A stretch of 58,044 bases of DNA, counting the filler, from Sphacelaria rigidula (lineage: Eukaryota), in assembly GCA_964200075.2 (NCBI GenBank). It is 9 parts of 9 records of this genome, joined end to end, with 100 filler letters (N's around TTAATTAATTAA, not from the genome) between each part and the next. Parts side by side here need not be neighbours in the genome. Positions count along the whole stretch, not along the records: positions 51,685 to 58,044 come from CAXNAA020020540.1; 8 more parts are not named here. One strand, 5' to 3'. Shown one piece after another: positions 52,877 through 58,044 of the stretch. A program made the position numbers and the translations under genes. The notes below the pieces were generated by a model. It did no database searches. It saw only the letters and a program-made list of their open reading frames with translations, and was not told the origin of the DNA. How positions within the stretch are numbered: position 1 is the first letter of the stretch; each line of letters begins with the position of its first letter.

Positions 52877-53238
52877 GTGTGTGTTGTCGTCCCATCCATT
52901 CTGGACGTCGGTCTACACCTTTCGGTATATGTAGGCGCATCAGCCGGGATCACACAGGATGAAGGTCAACACAGGAGTGTTTTTCGTGTTTTTTTGTTTT
53001 TATCACCTTCACCTTCCTCCTGCGGTGCTTGCCTTTCTTTTTGTATCTATCACGAGAGAGGTTCAGCTGTACCTTTTCCTCGTCGACCCGTTCAGTCGAA
53101 TATTTATGTTCCCACGGCATAGTCGCTCTCCACTGTTGGGCATGGTGTGAGAAAATATCCCAGACCGCTCCGAGGTTTGAGCCCACGACCCAACCGTCAA
53201 AAGGTTACGAGGTTACCAACTGAGCCACCGGGGCGACC
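52877..53238 (-). mobile_element. Intact tRNA-derived SINE (family B)
   Basis: Minus-strand head GGTCGCCCCGGTGGCTCAGTTGG (A box)...GGCTCAAACC (B-box-like); (CA)-type tail. Confidence 0.85.
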
Positions 53239-53598
53239 CGATTATGTCAACACTAATTTCGGCATACTTTCTGGGTTCGAATTCCAACAGTGACGTGTTT
53301 CCTGTGGTTTCCGGCATTGGGAAACGTGAGCACGCGAACTAGGAAAAGCAATCTAATGAGATGAAAATCGAGGGACTGTGGGGGTACTGGTAGTCATGAT
53401 CCAATGCTTGACAAAACAGCGCACTATAGTACGAAGTCGTCCTGGGGTGGGGAGCGGGGGAGGGGGGTGAATGTACCAAGACAACAAATGAAGATACATT
53501 TTTTGTTTGATCCGAGTCGCAGAGTGTCCGTTTGATCCTAATTCCCCATGGTTTTTGTCGACTTCAACGATTTGTGATTCACGTAAAATGGCGGGCAG

Positions 53599-53711
53599 AC
53601 GGCGGCGTTGGCGAAAAAGATCGACAAGATCGCAGAGGCAGGATCTCTCGTGCCCGGAGATGTGCACAACTGCGTCCGGCGGATAATTGGAGTGCAGGAG
53701 GCTTTGGACAG
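53599..53711 (+). CDS. Dynein heavy chain, exon upstream of DHC_N2
   Basis: CAG|TAALAKKIDKIAEAGSLVPGDVHNCVRRIIGVQEALD-AG|GCGAGA; phase fits the next exon. Confidence 0.65.
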
Positions 53712-54040
53712 GCGAGAAAATAACAGCGAAAAAATGCGAACTCCCCGTGTGTTCTGCGTGTTACAACAGGCGGATCGTTCGGTATTCTTCATTTACAGCT
53801 ACTCCATTACGCATTGCCGATTTGGAACACAGGCAGCACTCACTTGCCAAGAGCAATTAGCTGTGCAAAACGTACGCGATTAAGGCGTCCACTGTCAGGG
53901 CGGCATTCCCTCTGTCCCAGATTTATCGGCCTAAATACGACCCACTAAATAAGATTGAAAGCTCTTCCACGACAGCAGCAGAGGTCTCTCGGGAGAATGT
54001 CCCTCGATGCTAACCCGCTACACCCCCGTTGCGTGAACAG

Positions 54041-54248
54041 GGCTGAAGCGGAGGCAGAGAGCATTTTGGAACAAGAAACACTGCTAGGCATCCCTCTCAC
54101 CGATAACCTGACTGCTTTGTCGAACTTACGTGAGACGCTCGAGCCCATGGCGCGCCTCTGGACAACGGCCAAAGAATATTTGGATAGCCACCACTCGTGG
54201 CTCGAATCGCCGTTGAGAACGGTCAACGCTGAGGAGGCTGAACGCAAG
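54041..54248 (+). CDS. Dynein heavy chain (probably axonemal), DHC_N2 exon
   Basis: EQETLLGIPLT...LEPMARLWTTAKEY...WLESPLRTVNAEEAERK; branch point GCTAAC, CAG acceptor, AAG/GT donor. Confidence 0.88.
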
Positions 54249-55553
54249 GTTGGTCGAGCGAACCCTGGATGCCGTAGTGCTGGGCATACGTACAATATAG
54301 CAGAGTGATCTACTTGTCATAACACGATTAGTAACAGAGGTATGTTCGATCTGTACGGGACAGAAAATCTCTGTCTAGGGTTCTGTAAGGTCATCACACG
54401 CTCTACTCGTTACAAACGACGAGCATATTCGATCTGTACGGGGTATAGATCTCTCTCTGCCGCGTGTTCACCAAGGTCAGTGCATTTGATCTGTATGCAT
54501 AGTTTTATCTCCTTCACACGCGTGAAGAAAGCTGCGGTTTTGATACGATGTGCGTTTTATCTGACGATCTGAGTGTGACAGCCTTGTGAGGTTAGAGCCA
54601 AGCAAGTGAAATGTTAACTCCCCTCCCTCTACATCGCGACGATAGTGGTGGTCCGCTTCGGTGTTGTATGCACTGCAAAAAACTCCGATAGCGTTGCCCA
54701 TTTGCTAAGGTGGAATATTTATTTTGTTTGGGCCCATCTACACTGCTGCGGAACGGTGCGGCCACCCATATAACTAGAAGCAGTGCCGATGTACGATAAG
54801 GTACCGTCGAGGATATGTTGTACATTCGCAGCACCTTGATGCAACTCCGGCACAGAGAAAAAAAAAAAAGTCGGTGTGGATGGAATACTTGATGCTATTG
54901 ACTTATTTGAGTTGGTGGATTGATTGTCGCACTTTAACTGACCCCCCAAGGGTCCAGCCGCGGTCACATGATGGACGCGCCCCAAGAAGAACGAAACCGA
55001 AACACTCGCTGAAGAAAAACAAAACAGCAAAAAATTATTGAAGCGAAAAATCTTCCGGTAGTGAGTGGTGTCGAGGGACATTGCTCTCATTTATATTAAT
55101 ACCAAGTGTTTTTTTATAGTGGTGTCCCCTCTCTGTAATGGAGCTGCATTTTATGCTGTTGAATGCGCAATGTTGGTGGTGGGTACCGAACCTTGTGGCA
55201 TATTAGTCATGCATATACACTGCCATGATGGCATGGTAGCAATCTTGGCGACGCGGCTACTACTCCAGGTACGGTATGAGGACTGCGCGGTCGAGACCCA
55301 TGGTCAAGGCAGAATTCCTCCTTTGTCGGGTTCAGCCTGAGTTCTCGCTCGCGGTTTATACGTGCGAAGGAAACATTTCGGTGATTCATTTTTTTTGTTC
55401 CCCGTATCATGGATCTCCTCGGGTCGGAATACGTGCTGCAGTCTCCTGTATTCCCCCGAGATCAATTCGTTCCCGATCGGACCGCTGGGCTCATTGTTTT
55501 TTCCCCCTTGAACAAGCCATGTCTTTCACTCCGACCACGGGGATACTTGAGCC

Positions 55554-55737
55554 GTGTCCTAGCACACCATTTTTCGACCGAAAACGTGCGGTGGAAAACA
55601 AATACGCCGATCTGATAGGTTCGTGATTTCAACCATGTGCAAAATAAACAACGATAGTTGAAAGCACGACCTATCAGATCGGAGTTTTCTTGTTTTCCAC
55701 CGCTCATTTTCGATCGAAAAAAAATGTACTAAGACCC
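55554..55737. mobile_element. 184-bp hairpin MITE, 3-bp TSD (PIF/Harbinger-like)
   Basis: Almost entirely self-complementary; flanks GCC/GCC. Confidence 0.7.
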
Positions 55738-56019
55738 GCCGTTACCCAGAATACTATTCATCATTGAAAAAAATGAAAAGGGCGAAGGATTTCAGGCGGG
55801 CAGCAATGGCACAGGCGGGGCCAGTGTTGCGGTCTATCCGTTAATTCTCAAATAGCCGTGTGCTAATTTCTCCTTCGCATGAGTGTGCGTACACACTCGT
55901 GTATTCCAGGTCTCTCGACGCGCTTTAGATTCCTTTTAGATTTCTTCCCGACGTACATACGGTCACCGCGATTCGTACGACGGCATTTTCCCCCATCGGT
56001 TTCCGCAAACAACCAAAAG

Positions 56020-56190
56020 GGCGACGATCTCATGCGCACAGTCCTGAGGACGGAGAAGGAATTGGCCAAGGCAGGACAGGAGAGAGCTATACCTACATCT
56101 GTTGCAACCGCCATGGCGAAGGAAATAAAGACATTCACTGACGAGCAGGCGCCGCTGATGATGCTCATGTCGTCACCTGGTATCAAGAAG
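56020..56190 (+). CDS. Dynein heavy chain, next DHC_N2 exon
   Basis: GDDLMRTV...VATAMAKEIKTFTDEQAPLMMLMSSPGIKK (precedes the conserved RHW); phase 0/0. Confidence 0.88.
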
Positions 56191-58044
56191 GTTCGTTGTG
56201 TACCAGCTCGTGGCATTTAAACCTGGAGTTCGGACCGACCCGTTCGAGCGGGCGTCTGGTGTATGTGTGTGTGCATCATCTTGCGACTTATTTTGCCCTA
56301 CCGTTGTATTCGATCGTCCGGACCCTACCGTTGTATTCGACCGTCCGGACCACCAGCGCTTTTAAGCACCATGAACGTTGACAACACATACGTAATGCAA
56401 GGAAAATGCTCGTCCGATAGTCTGTCCTGGTCCTCGTAGTACACCTCCCCTCAAGCCCTCAAACCACGCTTTTCTGCTCGCCCCCCCCGTCTCGAAAGGG
56501 ATGAGTGGTTGATAGTCAAATGACTGAGGTGAGTAACAAATGAGTACACCCCCTTCCCCCACCTCCTTTCGAGAGTTGGCGTCGGTTGACAATGACGCTG
56601 TGAAATATACTACTCACGGCGTAAGTTTGGCAGTCAGGTCACCGGTTTGTTTCTCGCTTGCGTTTTGTGATGCTGTACCATGATGGTGATCGAGCTAGAT
56701 CATATTGTACGGGGTGGAGGACTCGAACTCCGCGCAAAGGGGATGATCGTACCACGTAGTATTTTTACGGTGAGACATCCATGAGGGAGTGTGTAACCCG
56801 TGGCCGTCTCTGAACGTGGCGATACCAGAAAATCAAGCAACTCATCGTAGGCTGTTATCCACACGCAAGGTACTTACTACTTACTACGCAATTTTAGCAG
56901 GATGCAGCTCGTTCTCCTCGCCTCACCCCTCACGTCGCTTCGCGCTTGGTGACTGCGAGCCTGGTCCGGCGAAAACCCGGCGTGCTCCGTGCCGGCTCTG
57001 TAGGGATTCGAGGTCAATGCCTTCGACTACAGCATGCAGAATCATGAGTGCACCCCCTCCCCTGCAGAATCATGACTGCACCCCTCCCCCTTTCCCCACC
57101 CTACCCCAACCGTCGGTTGTTCCTTTCCCTTAAGTAAAAGGACAAAGGAAATACTTCAGTGGAAACTTGAAACCGCTACAGAGATAGAATACAAGTCAAA
57201 GTAAAGGCGCTCTCCGACTTAACTCGAAGGCGGATATTTGTCCTCCTGTCGAGATTTTTTACGTGGCTGGCTCTACACGAGCCCCGTTCATGTGTTCATG
57301 CTCCTTGGACCGACTCTAATATGGGTGAACAAGATTTTCGCATTCTCGCCGTCTAGATACGTGCGTGGTCCAAAGATAGTCACATGGTATACTCACTTCT
57401 TATCGTCCGACGTAGGGGTGGTCATGTGAGATGTTTACTCATGCTGTCCGATTTAAAGATGATTCTATACGTCCTCTGTGCCGTAAGTAAGCTATTTTAT
57501 GGAGTATATAGTAGATCGTCTCTCCCCAGGAGAGGTGCTCACATTGTGGTAAATAGGTTTGTTGGAAAGATAGAATCATGGAGATGGCCATTGAAAAAAC
57601 CGATTGCGAGTCATACTTACTGAGCGTGTTTGGGTCGAAATCTGGGACGTTCTCGGGAATATTCTGGGGTTCGCCATTTTGGGTCGTCTGCTTTTTTTCG
57701 ACCGTCGACCCAAACAAGGGAATGTCCAAAAAAGCCCGAGAATTATTTCAAATAAAGCCCCCCCCCCAAAAAAAGATTTCAATAAAATTATCGCCTCAAG
57801 GCATCGGACACGGTAGAGACCCAGCATAAATGTAAAAACACTTCACTTATGGCACAGATGAAGAATGATTTTTCTCAGCAGAGCCGACCATTAGTGCTTC
57901 CATACCGCTACCACCGGTGGCAGATGTGTTGTTGTGGGATGAAATCTACCGTTCTGAAACAAATTGTGCCGGATTCAAGGGCAATCATTTTTTTTTTTTT
58001 TTTTTTTTCTCTTCTCCTCCCCCCTTTTTTTCTCTTTTTTTTTT

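Overview
Eukaryotic, repeat-rich, intron-containing DNA; gene style and repeat families suggest a brown alga (Phaeophyceae, probably a kelp; inference). The window is not one locus. It is nine independent scaffolds of 6361/6360 bp, sorted by size and joined by identical 100-bp N44-TTAATTAATTAA-N44 linkers, so adjacency across linkers means nothing. Host gene fragments: two Nup205 exons, three dynein heavy chain (DHC_N2) exons with a probable GC-AG intron, two exons of a secreted His-brace LPMO-like protein, a probable first exon of an adhesin/Pmp-like membrane protein, and a possible plastid-targeted first exon. Mobile DNA: a decayed Ty1/copia (LTR, PBS, gag-pol), a near full-length decayed RTE-like LINE, a Tc1/IS630-like transposase relic, an intron-containing DUF6589/Academ-like transposase pseudogene, tRNA-derived SINEs, and many MITE/foldback elements, several with clear TSDs and nesting. 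Best leads: the LPMO-like gene, the Academ-like transposase, and a non-LTR retroelement family that ends in and inserts at oligo-C tracts. All family assignments come from motif recognition, not database searches.
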